A stretch of DNA of 64,000 nucleotides from an uncultured delta proteobacterium. Lineage in GTDB: Bacteria; Myxococcota; UBA727; VGSZ01. The notes below the pieces were generated by a model, which was not told where the DNA came from, did no database searches, and saw nothing but the letters and a program-made list of their open reading frames with translations. The position numbers and the translations under genes are program-made. The DNA lies in contig CAVZJB010000011.1 in the NCBI GenBank assembly GCA_963775425.1, positions 224,001 through 288,000 on the forward strand, read 5' to 3'. The stretch's first letter is position 1; every line of letters starts with the position of its first letter. Below are positions 28,032-39,388 of the stretch, one piece after another.

Positions 28032-28810
28032 CTGTGACTTCGACACGCCCATGCTCCGGGATGGAAACTCCCAGATCCGTCGGATCCCGTCGATCTTCCG
28101 GGGGCCTGCGCGTCGACGTGATGTGCGGCGCTGTGCGCGGCGCCCGTCACGCCGCCGGGCGCGCTCGATAGCTGCGCTGCACGAGGCCGCCGTCGAACGA
28201 TCGCGCGCCCTGGAGCGCGAGCGGCGTGCGGCGCAGGGGGCCGAAGCTACACCCACGCGCTCCGCGATGCCGGCGACGACTTCCTGCTCGACGACGTCGA
28301 GATCGAGCGCCTGCAGGGGCTTCAGCGGCGGTGCGCGCTCCCGCCGGAACGGATACGCGCGATCCATGCAAGCGTGATGGCGAGGGCACTTCATGTCGTC
28401 GCGGACGACGCAATCGTCACGGAGGCGGAAGCAGAGAAGCGCTGGCCCCTCGCCTGCGGACTGCGCGCGCTCGGCGGGGCCCCAGGTGAGATCGCGACGC
28501 GATGAGCACGTGCATCGCATGTGCTTGAGCGCGGGATGTGCGCCGCTGCGCCCGCCTTGGACGCGACGTGCGCCGGGTCGTCCGTCAGCGCGTGACCCGG
28601 AGCGACGCGTGTATGCGCGTCGCCGGCTCTGCCGCGACAGCGTCATGCCGCATACGTCGGGGTGCGGCGGGTCGTCGACCATCCGGCCACCGAGGAGCCG
28701 CCGCGTCGGCGTGACCCGCGAGCGCGTCGTCGTTGGTGCGCCCGGCGCTCGTTCGCTCGTTCCATCCAACGCGGCGCGCTCGCGCGAACCCTGCGCGAGC
28801 GCGTCTGTCG

Positions 28811-30577
<1,767 letters not shown>

Positions 30578-30703
30578 CGCTGCTCCGGCGTACAGACGCA
30601 GCGTCGTCCGAGCAGCAGGACGGGGATGCCGGCTGTCCCGGGATCGACCGGGGTGCATGTTCTGGAGATGGCGAAAACGCGAATCGTTTAGTCTCCAACC
30701 AAC

Positions 30704-31186
30704 ATGCGCGGCTTCACCCTGATCGAGGCGCTCGTTGTCGTCGCCATCGCCGGCATCCTCGCGGCTCTTGCGATGCCGAGCGTGTCCCAGACGGTTCGGC
30801 GCGAGCGTTCGCGCGGCGAGGTCGTGAAGATCGCGGACGCCGTCATCGACGCGCGAACGCGGGCGCGCATCCGCCTCTGCAAGACGCTCGTCACCATGGA
30901 CGCGGCGAACACCCAGGTCATCGTCGGGCCGGATCCCGCGGACACCGACGCCACCTGCGCCGGCATGGAGACCACCAAGACGGCGATCAGCGGGAACCTC
31001 GTGTCCATCGCTCCGTTCACCATCAACGGCACCGCCCAAACGCAGCTCGTCTTCGGCGCCGACGGCGGTGTCGAGGACGCCGGCAAGCCGTCGCGCAAGC
31101 GGGCGCTCTCCGTCGTCACTGTCTTGACCGGCGGCACGCGCACCATCGAGGTGTGGCCGGCCACCGGCGCCGTGAGGTTGCGCTGA
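30704..31186 (+). CDS. FimU/FimT-like type IV minor pilin
   Basis: Class III signal RG|FTLIEALVV; C-terminal IEVWPATGAVR. Confidence 0.85.
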   Translation: MRGFTLIEALVVVAIAGILAALAMPSVSQTVRRERSRGEVVKIADAVIDARTRARIRLCKTLVTMDAANTQVIVGPDPADTDATCAGMETTKTAISGNLVSIAPFTINGTAQTQLVFGADGGVEDAGKPSRKRALSVVTVLTGGTRTIEVWPATGAVRLR

Positions 31187-31569
31187 TGAATCGCGGTTTC
31201 AGCCTCATCGAGGTCATGATCTCGTCGGTGATCTTCGCCGTCTCCGTGGCCGGCGTCGTCTCGGCGTTTCACACGTCCACCCGCCTGTCGGCGCACTTCG
31301 AGCACGAGACCGCCGCCGCCCTCATCGGGGAGAGCGTCCTCGAGGAGCTCATCTTGAAGGCGCGCGGCGACGCGGACCTCGCGCCCAACGCCACCATCTC
31401 GCGCACCTACGACGCAAAGGGGGACCAGAGCCCGCTCGGTCCCTACACGGCCCGGTGGACGGTCACACCGAACGAGCCCATCGCCGGGCTCAAGCAGATC
31501 GCGCTCACGGTGACGTGGGCCGAGGAGACCACCACGCGGCGGGTGGCGTTCACCACGGTGCGCGAATGA
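31186..31569 (+). CDS. PilV-like minor pilin
   Basis: RG|FSLIEVMIS; AALIGESVLEEL; IALTVTW; TGATG coupling. Confidence 0.85.
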   Translation: MNRGFSLIEVMISSVIFAVSVAGVVSAFHTSTRLSAHFEHETAAALIGESVLEELILKARGDADLAPNATISRTYDAKGDQSPLGPYTARWTVTPNEPIAGLKQIALTVTWAEETTTRRVAFTTVRE

Positions 31570-32522
31570 GGGCCCGCGGCTTCACGCTCCTCGAGATGAT
31601 GGCGGCGCTCGCCATCTCGGGCATCATCGCCGCGGCCTCCATGACCGCGTTCATCGGCATCTCCCACGCGACGCGCCGCGTGGAACAACAGGCGCACGCC
31701 GACGCCGAAGCCAAGCAGCTCGTCGACTATCTGATGGGCTCCGTGCAGCAGGCGGGCGGCGGGCTGGTCCGTCCGTGGATGGGCATCGCCATCGACGACA
31801 ACTGCACGACTTCGCTGACGGTGGCCGGCCAGACGCTGCCGGCGTGCGACGGCTCCGACCGCCTCCACATCGCCACGCCCGACCCGGACGGCAACCAGTG
31901 CACCATCGTCAGCGTCAGCGGCAGCACCATCACGTCCACCGGCACGGGCGCCACCTGCTGTCTCAACGCCACCGACTTCGAGAAGAAGCCCCTCCTCATC
32001 ATGGCGGGAGACAGCACCGCGAGCGCCGGGGAGTGGCGCACGGACTTCTGTGACGTCGTCGACACCACGGCGTGCACGTGCACGCTCAAGGGCGACAGCG
32101 CCTATCAGACGGCCGGCGCGGGCACCGCCGACTTCAGCGGCGGCGTGATGACGGCGGGGAACACGCTGAGCTTCTTCCTCGATCCCCCGAGCGGCGTGCT
32201 CGAGATGCTCTCGTCCGAGGACGACGGGACTCCCGCGATCTCCGAGCTCGCCGATCACGTCGGCGACCTCCAGGTCGAGCTCGGCTTCGACACCACCGGC
32301 GATCAAGTCGTCGACCTGGAGCAGCCCGGCTACGCGTCGGTCGACCGGACCCTCCTGCGCATGATCCACGTCGGGATCATCGCCAGCGTGCCGGTCCCCG
32401 TGCGCGAGACCCGATCCTCGGCGCAGCTCTTCGACGGCCCTGTGCGCTCCGCGACGCACGGCCGCTATTTCCACGCCATCAGCACGCGGGCCACGCTCCG
32501 CAACCTCAACCTCTTCTACTGA
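31566..32522 (+). CDS. PilW-like minor pilin (Cys-rich)
   Basis: RG|FTLLEMMAAL; VQQAG; LADHVGDLQVELGFD; C-terminal TLRNL. Confidence 0.85.
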   Translation: MRARGFTLLEMMAALAISGIIAAASMTAFIGISHATRRVEQQAHADAEAKQLVDYLMGSVQQAGGGLVRPWMGIAIDDNCTTSLTVAGQTLPACDGSDRLHIATPDPDGNQCTIVSVSGSTITSTGTGATCCLNATDFEKKPLLIMAGDSTASAGEWRTDFCDVVDTTACTCTLKGDSAYQTAGAGTADFSGGVMTAGNTLSFFLDPPSGVLEMLSSEDDGTPAISELADHVGDLQVELGFDTTGDQVVDLEQPGYASVDRTLLRMIHVGIIASVPVPVRETRSSAQLFDGPVRSATHGRYFHAISTRATLRNLNLFY

Positions 32523-32541
32523 CACTGCGAGGTCATCCATC

Positions 32542-35190
32542 ATGCTTCGCGGCTACTCGCTGAACCTCGTGTTGATCTTCTCCGCGCTGCTCGTGGTGCT
32601 GTGCGGCACCATGTTCGTCGTGCTCGAGAGCTCCGGCCACACCGGCGGCGAGCTCCTGTCACGCAAGCAGACGTTCTTCGCCACCGACGGGATGATGCGC
32701 GCGACCATGCGCGTCGCCGACGACTTCCTCGCCAAGAACCCCGACGCCACTGGCACCGACCTCAAGGCGTCGTTCACGACGTCGATCCTCGACGCCATCA
32801 CGCCCGCCGGCTACTCGCGTGAGGCCTTCGACATCGACAACAGCGCACGCAAGTCGGGACCGGTGCCCAACGGCGCGTTCGAGGGGATGAACGCGGATCT
32901 GCATCCCGTGGTCGCTTCGATGAAGCTGCGAAAGGTCCTGTCGGCGGCGGCGTGCAAGGAGGAGATGTCGGCGACGTTGGCCCAGATCTCCATGTTCCAG
33001 TTCATGGTCTTCGTCGACGGCTACGCCGACTGGGCCCCCGGCCCGCCGCAGAACGCCGACGGCCGCGTCCACGCCAACGGCGACATCTGCCTCGCCTCGG
33101 ACAGCCCCTTCTGCCTCGCCAAGGTCACCGCCTCGGGGCGCATCATGGAGGGTGACGACGGGCGCTGCCGCTACCACCCCGGCGCCGGCGACCCGCTCAT
33201 CGCACACGACAGCACCCCCGACTTCACGAACTGCAGCAGCGGCAACACCGCCGAGTGGCGCCGGCTCCACGCGACCGATCGCGACAGCGGCTGCACCGGC
33301 TGCGACGGCACCGGCGCCAACTGGGCCTCGTGGGCGCGCACCGAGTTCGGCAACAACGCGCTCGACAAGGACATGTCCACCCCGCAGTTGAAGCTGCCGA
33401 TCAGCGGCGCGCCCCTCGTGCAGGCGGGCACCAACGCCAACAAGGGCAAGGTGAGCAACGGCGACAACTCTCGCTTCCTCGTCGACCCGGTTCGCGGCGC
33501 GGACTCCGCCGACATCGTTCAGCAGAAATTCGCGGGCAACGCCGACATCCGCATCCTCGACGGCGTCTGGTACCTCCCGGACCCCGGCGCGCCGGGGGCG
33601 TGGCCCGGGCTGCCCATCTGGTCCGATCATCCGGGCCACTACACCATCAGCGCGACCGGCGCGGACGCGGAGCCCGACGAGGCGTCGGTGGCGGGCACGC
33701 AGGCCGTCGGCCAGGACGACATCCGGGCGACCCTCGCCGGCCGCGGGATTCTGTGGGGCACCACCCCGCCGCGGCTCTTCTCCTTCTACGAGGTCGACGA
33801 CGACGGCACGGGGACGAGCGGCACCCGCAGCCTCGCGCTCCTCGACAACGACGCCACCGCCACCTCGCCGGCGCCGCAGGGCGTGATCTCGTACGGCGGC
33901 ATCACGCGCATCAGCGGACCGAAGTGGGTGCCGGGCCACTGGCCGGGGCAGACGGGCGAGGACTGCCCGAGCGCCTCGCCGCTCAGCGCCTCGGCCCCGG
34001 GCTTCTTGTCGGTGTTCGACACCACCACGACGCCGTGCACCAGCGCCCCGTACGCGCTCGACACCGCCCTGCTGAACGCCACGCGCACGGGGTTCCGGGA
34101 CGGGCACATCGAGCAGAACGCAGACGACTACGCGGCCGCCGTCGTCTCCGGCTCGAAGAACCTGCACCAGAAGGTGCTGCCGGTGAACTTCGACGTCGCG
34201 GCCTTCCACGCGGCGATGGCGTCGTCGAGCGTCGGCGAGCTCGGCTCCTACTTCTGCGCGCCGGGCGGCGGCTGCTTCATGCGCCGCCCCTTCAACGGCA
34301 TCGTGTGGATCGGCGTGACGTGGGACGGCTCGCTCTCGGGCTTCGCCGCCGGCGCCGCGGGCGCGAACCCCGGGCTGTGGCCCGCGCAAGGGGACCGAAC
34401 GAACGCGGTGACACAGCCGCTCAACCGCCACGACTCCTCGGGCGTCGGCGACAGCGCGGCGGCGCAGCGCGGCCTGCCGTACCCGCTGTGCAGCACGTCG
34501 CTCGCGGGGACGGACGCGACGGCCACGGGGCACTCGACGACGTCCTTCAAATACCCCGCCTGCACCGACTTCGGCGGCGGCGGCGGCGCGCGTCCGATGG
34601 CGGTGCGCCTGATCAACGCGAAGAACGTCGGCTTCGATCGCGACTTCGACGGCATCGACGACGGCGTGACCATCTCGAGCAACCTGCCCGTCTACGTCGT
34701 CGGCCAGTGGAACACGCAGACCTCGAGCGGCGCCACGATCGACACGTCGTCAGGCACGGCCAGCCCGTGGAGCCCGGCGCTCGTCGCGGCGGATCAGATC
34801 TATCTGCTCTCGGACGACTGGAACGACAAGAACGAGCCTTGGGATCACAGCGTCAACGCGAACAACGCGGACGCGACGAACACCACGTACAACATCGAGA
34901 TGCTGGCGGGCTGGTCCGAGTCCTCCGGCGGCCAATACAGCGGCGGCATCGAGAACTTCCCGCGCTTCATCGAGGATTGGAGCGGCGCGCGGAACGTCAT
35001 CCGCGGCTCCATCGTGGTGGGCTTCAACAGCCCCTACTATCGCTGGCCGCGCTTCTGTTGCGGCACGAAGTCGTACAACCCGCCGACGCGCGATTGGGCA
35101 TACGACAAGCACCTCGACTCCCTCGGGAACCAGCCGCCGGGTGCGCCGCGCTACACCGTGTACGCCACGCGCGCCTGGCGCCGTCAGTAG
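32542..35190 (+). CDS. Large PilX-like pilin with HpsA-like C-terminal motifs
   Basis: RG|YSLNLV pilin signal lacking Glu5; FFATDG; FQFMVF; GRVHANGD; GGIENFPRFIEDW..GSIV..YNPPTRDWAYD..PPG. Confidence 0.72.
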   Translation: MLRGYSLNLVLIFSALLVVLCGTMFVVLESSGHTGGELLSRKQTFFATDGMMRATMRVADDFLAKNPDATGTDLKASFTTSILDAITPAGYSREAFDIDNSARKSGPVPNGAFEGMNADLHPVVASMKLRKVLSAAACKEEMSATLAQISMFQFMVFVDGYADWAPGPPQNADGRVHANGDICLASDSPFCLAKVTASGRIMEGDDGRCRYHPGAGDPLIAHDSTPDFTNCSSGNTAEWRRLHATDRDSGCTGCDGTGANWASWARTEFGNNALDKDMSTPQLKLPISGAPLVQAGTNANKGKVSNGDNSRFLVDPVRGADSADIVQQKFAGNADIRILDGVWYLPDPGAPGAWPGLPIWSDHPGHYTISATGADAEPDEASVAGTQAVGQDDIRATLAGRGILWGTTPPRLFSFYEVDDDGTGTSGTRSLALLDNDATATSPAPQGVISYGGITRISGPKWVPGHWPGQTGEDCPSASPLSASAPGFLSVFDTTTTPCTSAPYALDTALLNATRTGFRDGHIEQNADDYAAAVVSGSKNLHQKVLPVNFDVAAFHAAMASSSVGELGSYFCAPGGGCFMRRPFNGIVWIGVTWDGSLSGFAAGAAGANPGLWPAQGDRTNAVTQPLNRHDSSGVGDSAAAQRGLPYPLCSTSLAGTDATATGHSTTSFKYPACTDFGGGGGARPMAVRLINAKNVGFDRDFDGIDDGVTISSNLPVYVVGQWNTQTSSGATIDTSSGTASPWSPALVAADQIYLLSDDWNDKNEPWDHSVNANNADATNTTYNIEMLAGWSESSGGQYSGGIENFPRFIEDWSGARNVIRGSIVVGFNSPYYRWPRFCCGTKSYNPPTRDWAYDKHLDSLGNQPPGAPRYTVYATRAWRRQ

Positions 35191-35289
35191 CTGCCGCCGT
35201 CGGGGCACCGCGCGTGGATCCGTGTGTTGTCGTGATGCACAACCGATCTCCGTGAACCGACCACCGAGGTCCGATTTTCTGCCGGCTCT

Positions 35290-36900
35290 TCAGTCGAACG
35301 ACAACGATGTCAGGAAGCGATCGCCGACGTCGGGCGAGGCGTCGGCGGCGACGAGCACCCAGGACTCGTTGGCGCCGACAAAGACGCGGAGCTTCGCGGG
35401 GTGCTTCGTGCCGTCGAGGTTGACCTTGCCGCTGCCTCGCCACACCGAGAGGCCGTTGGGGCGCAGGGGCACCGACGTGAGCAGCAGGTCGCTCCCGTAG
35501 ACCTCGGAGATGGCGCTGCCGGCGTCGCTGGCGTGCACATAGAGGACGTCGAGGTGTGCGCCGGCCTTGGTGACCGCCGAGATGCGTTGCGCTTCGCTGC
35601 CGTCCTTGAGCTTCGCGGGGGCGCGCGTGATCGTCGCTTGAGGCGGGAGCATCACGCTCCGGCCGCCGCCGACGGGGGTCGTCGGCGGAGGAACGGCCGC
35701 GCGCACGACGAAGAACGCGACGACGGCGAGGACGGCGACGCCGAGCAGGCGCGCGGCCCACGGCATTCCCGTCGACGGCGGCGCGGTCTTTTCGCGCGCC
35801 TCGCGGGGCGGCGGTCTCGGCTCGGTCCGCCGAGCGGGCACCGGCCGCGGCGCGGGCTCCGGCCGCGGCGCGGGCTCCGGCCGCGGCACGGTCGGATCGA
35901 GGCCGATCCCCGGCGCTTTCCGGGACGGCGGGGGTCTCGTCGCCGGGGCCGCGCTCGCCGGGGCCGCGCTCGCCGGCGCGGGGTCCGCCGTGAGGGAGAA
36001 CGGCTTCGCCGCGGCCGGTGTCGACGGCGCGGGCGGCGTCGACGCCCGGGGCGGCGGCGTGAAGGACGGCGGCGGCGGCGGCGGCAGCGGCGGCAGCGGC
36101 GCCGACGGCATCGCGGGCGTCGACGACAGCGGCGGCATCGGGGGCGTCGAGGACGGCGGCGTCGAGGACGGCGGCGTCGACGACGGCGGCGTCGAGGACG
36201 GCGGCGTCGAGGACGGCGGCGTCGAGGACAGCGGCGTCGAGGACAGCGGCGTCGAGGACGGCGGCGTCGAGGACGGCGGCGTCGAGGACGGCCGCGTCGA
36301 GGACAGCGGCGTCGAGGACAGCGGCGTCGAGGACAGCGGTGACATCGCGGGTGTCGACGGCGGCGACGGCATCGCGGGCGTCGAGGACAGCGGCGGCATC
36401 GGAGGCGTCGACGACGACGGCGGCATCGCGGGCGTCGACGGCATCGCGGGCGTCGAGGACAGCGGCGGCATCGCGGGCGTCGACGACGACGGCGGCATCG
36501 GCGGCATCGGCGGCGGGGCAGGCGGCGGGGCGGGGGGCGCTGTCGTCGACGGCGCAGGTGGCGTCGACGATGCAGGCGTCGACGGAGAGGCCGCCGCGCC
36601 GATGCGATCGAGCGCGCCGAGGCCGGCCCAGATGCCGCCGCACGGGACGCAGGCGTGGAGCGTCTCACGCCCGATCGGGAACGTGGTCAGGAGCTGGTCG
36701 CACGTGGGGCACGCGACCTGCCGCTTGCCTTCGGTCTGCAGGATGCCTTGAAGCCGCGCGCCGTCGACACCGGCGCGCTTCAAGACCTCGAACGCCTTTG
36801 GCAACGAGATGAACGCACCGCCGCACGCCATGCACGCCGCGGCGCCCCGCCTCTCGACGACGACCTTCCCGGCGGAACCGCACGATGGACAGCCGCTCAC
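35290..36900 (-). CDS. Double zinc-ribbon (zf-TFIIB-like) protein with Pro/Ser/Thr linker, TM and C-terminal domain
   Basis: CPSC..CMACGG, CPTC..CVPCGGIW; SSTPP repeats; TM LLGVAVLAVVAFFVV; start reassigned to GTG 36900. Confidence 0.75.
   Translation of the reverse strand: MSGCPSCGSAGKVVVERRGAAACMACGGAFISLPKAFEVLKRAGVDGARLQGILQTEGKRQVACPTCDQLLTTFPIGRETLHACVPCGGIWAGLGALDRIGAAASPSTPASSTPPAPSTTAPPAPPPAPPPMPPMPPSSSTPAMPPLSSTPAMPSTPAMPPSSSTPPMPPLSSTPAMPSPPSTPAMSPLSSTPLSSTPLSSTRPSSTPPSSTPPSSTPLSSTPLSSTPPSSTPPSSTPPSSTPPSSTPPSSTPPMPPLSSTPAMPSAPLPPLPPPPPPSFTPPPRASTPPAPSTPAAAKPFSLTADPAPASAAPASAAPATRPPPSRKAPGIGLDPTVPRPEPAPRPEPAPRPVPARRTEPRPPPREAREKTAPPSTGMPWAARLLGVAVLAVVAFFVVRAAVPPPTTPVGGGRSVMLPPQATITRAPAKLKDGSEAQRISAVTKAGAHLDVLYVHASDAGSAISEVYGSDLLLTSVPLRPNGLSVWRGSGKVNLDGTKHPAKLRVFVGANESWVLVAADASPDVGDRFLTSLSFD
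36143..36340 (-). repeat. 15-bp coding tandem repeat (~13 copies, SSTPP/SSTPL)
   Basis: GTCGAGGAC(G/A)GCGGC units on the + strand. Confidence 0.9.
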
Positions 36901-36932
36901 GGGACGGATTCTAGCACTGCTTTCTACCCAAA

Positions 36933-37115
36933 TCACCCGCGGCGGCCCACGAGGGCCAGCACGAGCCCCGCGACCACGAGCACCAGTGGCGGGGCGAGCG
37001 GGATGAGCGCTGCTGGCAGGCTGAAGGCGCTGGCTCGCACCACCATCCACGCGGCAGGCACCCCGAGGAGGCCGATCGCGATACACACGAGCCCGGTGAG
37101 GCCCGCCGCCGTCAT
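36933..37115 (-). CDS. Small two-TM membrane protein (60 aa)
   Basis: MTAAGLTGLVCIAIGLLGVPAAW..LVLVVAGLVLALVGRRG; co-directional with neighbours. Confidence 0.55.
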   Translation of the reverse strand: MTAAGLTGLVCIAIGLLGVPAAWMVVRASAFSLPAALIPLAPPLVLVVAGLVLALVGRRG

Positions 37116-37138
37116 GCCCCGGCGCGGCCGACGCTGCC

Positions 37139-39388
37139 TCACAGCGCGAGCGTGACCATGCCGCGGAACGCCGCGCCGCCGAAGCCGATGGGCTCGTCGC
37201 GCAGCGCGCCTTGCTGGTCGAGGAGGTTTTCGCCGACGGCGTCGAAGCGGACCCCGCCGAAGTCGAGGTGCGCACCCACGTCGAAGAGGAACGCGCCCGG
37301 CGCGCCGCTGCACGGGGTGGTCTGCACGGCGCCGGCGGCGAGGTCGTCGACGCTCGGCAACTGCGGGCACAGCGCGCGGTCGAGCTCCTCCGCGCTCGAC
37401 AGCCGCTGCTGCGGGAGCAGGAAGCGGGCGCGGGAGAAGAAGCCGACGCCGACGCCGTCGACGACGTGGGGCTCGTAGTCGACCTCCAGCGTGCCGCCCG
37501 GGTTCGGCACGCCGGCGCGCGCGGCACGGGTGGCGTCGAGGAGGCCGCCGTCGTCGACGGTGACGACGGCGAGCGTCGTGCGCGCCGTCAACCCGTCGAG
37601 GCCCGGCTTCAAGAGCGCGCGCGCCTCGGCGCCCCACGCCACGGTGTCGCCGCTCGCGCTCTCGAGGGACGGGCCCGCCACCAGCGCGACGGCGCCGGGG
37701 CCGGCGAGCGCGCCCGGCGGCGCGGCGCTGCGGGCGGCACCGTACAGGCCGGCGTCGACGTCGAGCCAGGCCGAGCGCCAGGCGAGGCCGCCCTCGACGC
37801 TGTCGTCGTGCGCCAGGTGAACCACCGCCGCGTACGCCTCGAGCCCGTCGACGACGCGGACGCGCGCGCCGGCCTCGCCGGTGACGTCGACGGCGCTCAC
37901 GCGCCCCGCGGCCCACACAGACGTGCGCGCGCCGTCGGCGGCGAGGGAGAGCGACAGCGCCGAGAAGCCGTCGACCGCGCCGTCGTTGAGGCGCGCCCGC
38001 GAAGGGTCCTCCAGGCCGTCGCCGGGCGGCTCGGCGTCGCGGCGCAGGACGCTCCGCGAGAAGAAGTGCGAGGTGACGCGGTCGGCGTAGACGTCGCCGG
38101 ACACCGACGCGCGCGGGGTGAGCACGTCGAGGAGCGCCACCGGCGGGAGGGTGAGCTCGAGCGCCGCGCGCGCGCCCGCCCGCACGCCCTCGTCGAGCGC
38201 ACGCTCGACGACGGTGATGCCCGTGCCCGCACGCGACTCGTTGGAGATGGCGTGTTGTGCGTGCGCGCGGCCGCGGGCGACGAGCGACGCGCCGCCGACG
38301 TCGACCGCCTGATCGCCGCCGACGATCCAGGCGTCGAGGCCGCGCTCGTCGGTGACGACGCAGTCGAGGGCGCGCCCCCGATCGTCGCTGGCGCCGCACA
38401 GGTCGGGGTGAGGCGTCGTGATCGAGCGCGCGCTCTGCCACGTGCTGAACAGGTGCGTGGCCCGAAGCGGTGCGACGTCGACGCGCGCGCCGACGGCGCC
38501 GCCGTCGCCGAAGGAGCGCGGGAGGACGCCGCCCGGCTCCTCGCCCACGCGCACGTCGCCGCGGCCGAGCCGCTCGTCCTCGCGATCGAGCAGCGTGGCG
38601 TGCACGCCGAGGCGGGCGCGCCCGTAGCCGGTGGAGGCGAAGGTGAAGACGCCCTTTTCGAGGTCCGCGCCGCCGTAGCCGCCGCCGATCGTGCCGTGCA
38701 GCCCGAGCTGCTCGCCCTCGTCGACCATGCCCGCGAGCGAGTCCACCTCGAGCACGCCCGCCGCGCCGCGTGGCGACGCCGTCAGCGCGCGCGCTCCGTG
38801 GTGCAGCACCAAGCGGGCGGCGCCGGCGTTCGACAGTTGCTCGAGCGGCGGCACCAGGCCGCCGAGGTCGAAGAGCGGGACACCGTCGAGGACGACGTCA
38901 AGGTCCCTGTCGTCGAGCCCGCGCAGGAGGAACCGCGAGTCCCCCGCTTGCTCGTGTCGAAGCCACACGCCGGCGACGTCGACGAGGGCGGTGTCGGGGT
39001 CGAGCGCGCCGTGCGCGAAGAGCTGCTTGCGCGTGCGCGCGCTCTCGAGCCGCGCATCGTAGCCGAGCGGCTCGCTGACTCCGGCGTCGACGAGGCCCGC
39101 GGGCAACGGCAGCGGCGGCCGCGCCGGGTCGGGGGCGCGCGGCGGAACCGCGAGCACCTCCTTGTTCGCCCCCGGCTCCCGGGGCGCCTGTGGATACGGC
39201 AGCGGCGCCGTGGGCGAAGGGGCCTCGGGACCGCTCCCCCACGGGTCGTCGGCGTCGGCGGCGCGCGCAGGCGACGTCGCCGCGCAGAGCGCCAGCGCGA
39301 GCGCGCTCGCCGCCGGCCACCCCCGCCGCGCGCCGCCGCGCGGTGGCGTCCCCGGCGTCGCAGCGGCGCTCTTGGGTCGAGCCGTCAC
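37139..39388 (-). CDS. TonB-dependent receptor-like outer-membrane protein (divergent)
   Basis: Signal ..ARA-AD; plug-like VAGVW..FLLRGL..VVLDGVPL; C-terminal GENLLD..FRGMVTLAL; GTG overlaps the ligA stop. Confidence 0.7.
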   Translation of the reverse strand: MTARPKSAAATPGTPPRGGARRGWPAASALALALCAATSPARAADADDPWGSGPEAPSPTAPLPYPQAPREPGANKEVLAVPPRAPDPARPPLPLPAGLVDAGVSEPLGYDARLESARTRKQLFAHGALDPDTALVDVAGVWLRHEQAGDSRFLLRGLDDRDLDVVLDGVPLFDLGGLVPPLEQLSNAGAARLVLHHGARALTASPRGAAGVLEVDSLAGMVDEGEQLGLHGTIGGGYGGADLEKGVFTFASTGYGRARLGVHATLLDREDERLGRGDVRVGEEPGGVLPRSFGDGGAVGARVDVAPLRATHLFSTWQSARSITTPHPDLCGASDDRGRALDCVVTDERGLDAWIVGGDQAVDVGGASLVARGRAHAQHAISNESRAGTGITVVERALDEGVRAGARAALELTLPPVALLDVLTPRASVSGDVYADRVTSHFFSRSVLRRDAEPPGDGLEDPSRARLNDGAVDGFSALSLSLAADGARTSVWAAGRVSAVDVTGEAGARVRVVDGLEAYAAVVHLAHDDSVEGGLAWRSAWLDVDAGLYGAARSAAPPGALAGPGAVALVAGPSLESASGDTVAWGAEARALLKPGLDGLTARTTLAVVTVDDGGLLDATRAARAGVPNPGGTLEVDYEPHVVDGVGVGFFSRARFLLPQQRLSSAEELDRALCPQLPSVDDLAAGAVQTTPCSGAPGAFLFDVGAHLDFGGVRFDAVGENLLDQQGALRDEPIGFGGAAFRGMVTLAL

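Noticed and set aside
36143-36340. 15-bp tandem array as a non-coding array
   Set aside because: In-frame Pro/Ser/Thr linker inside a CDS
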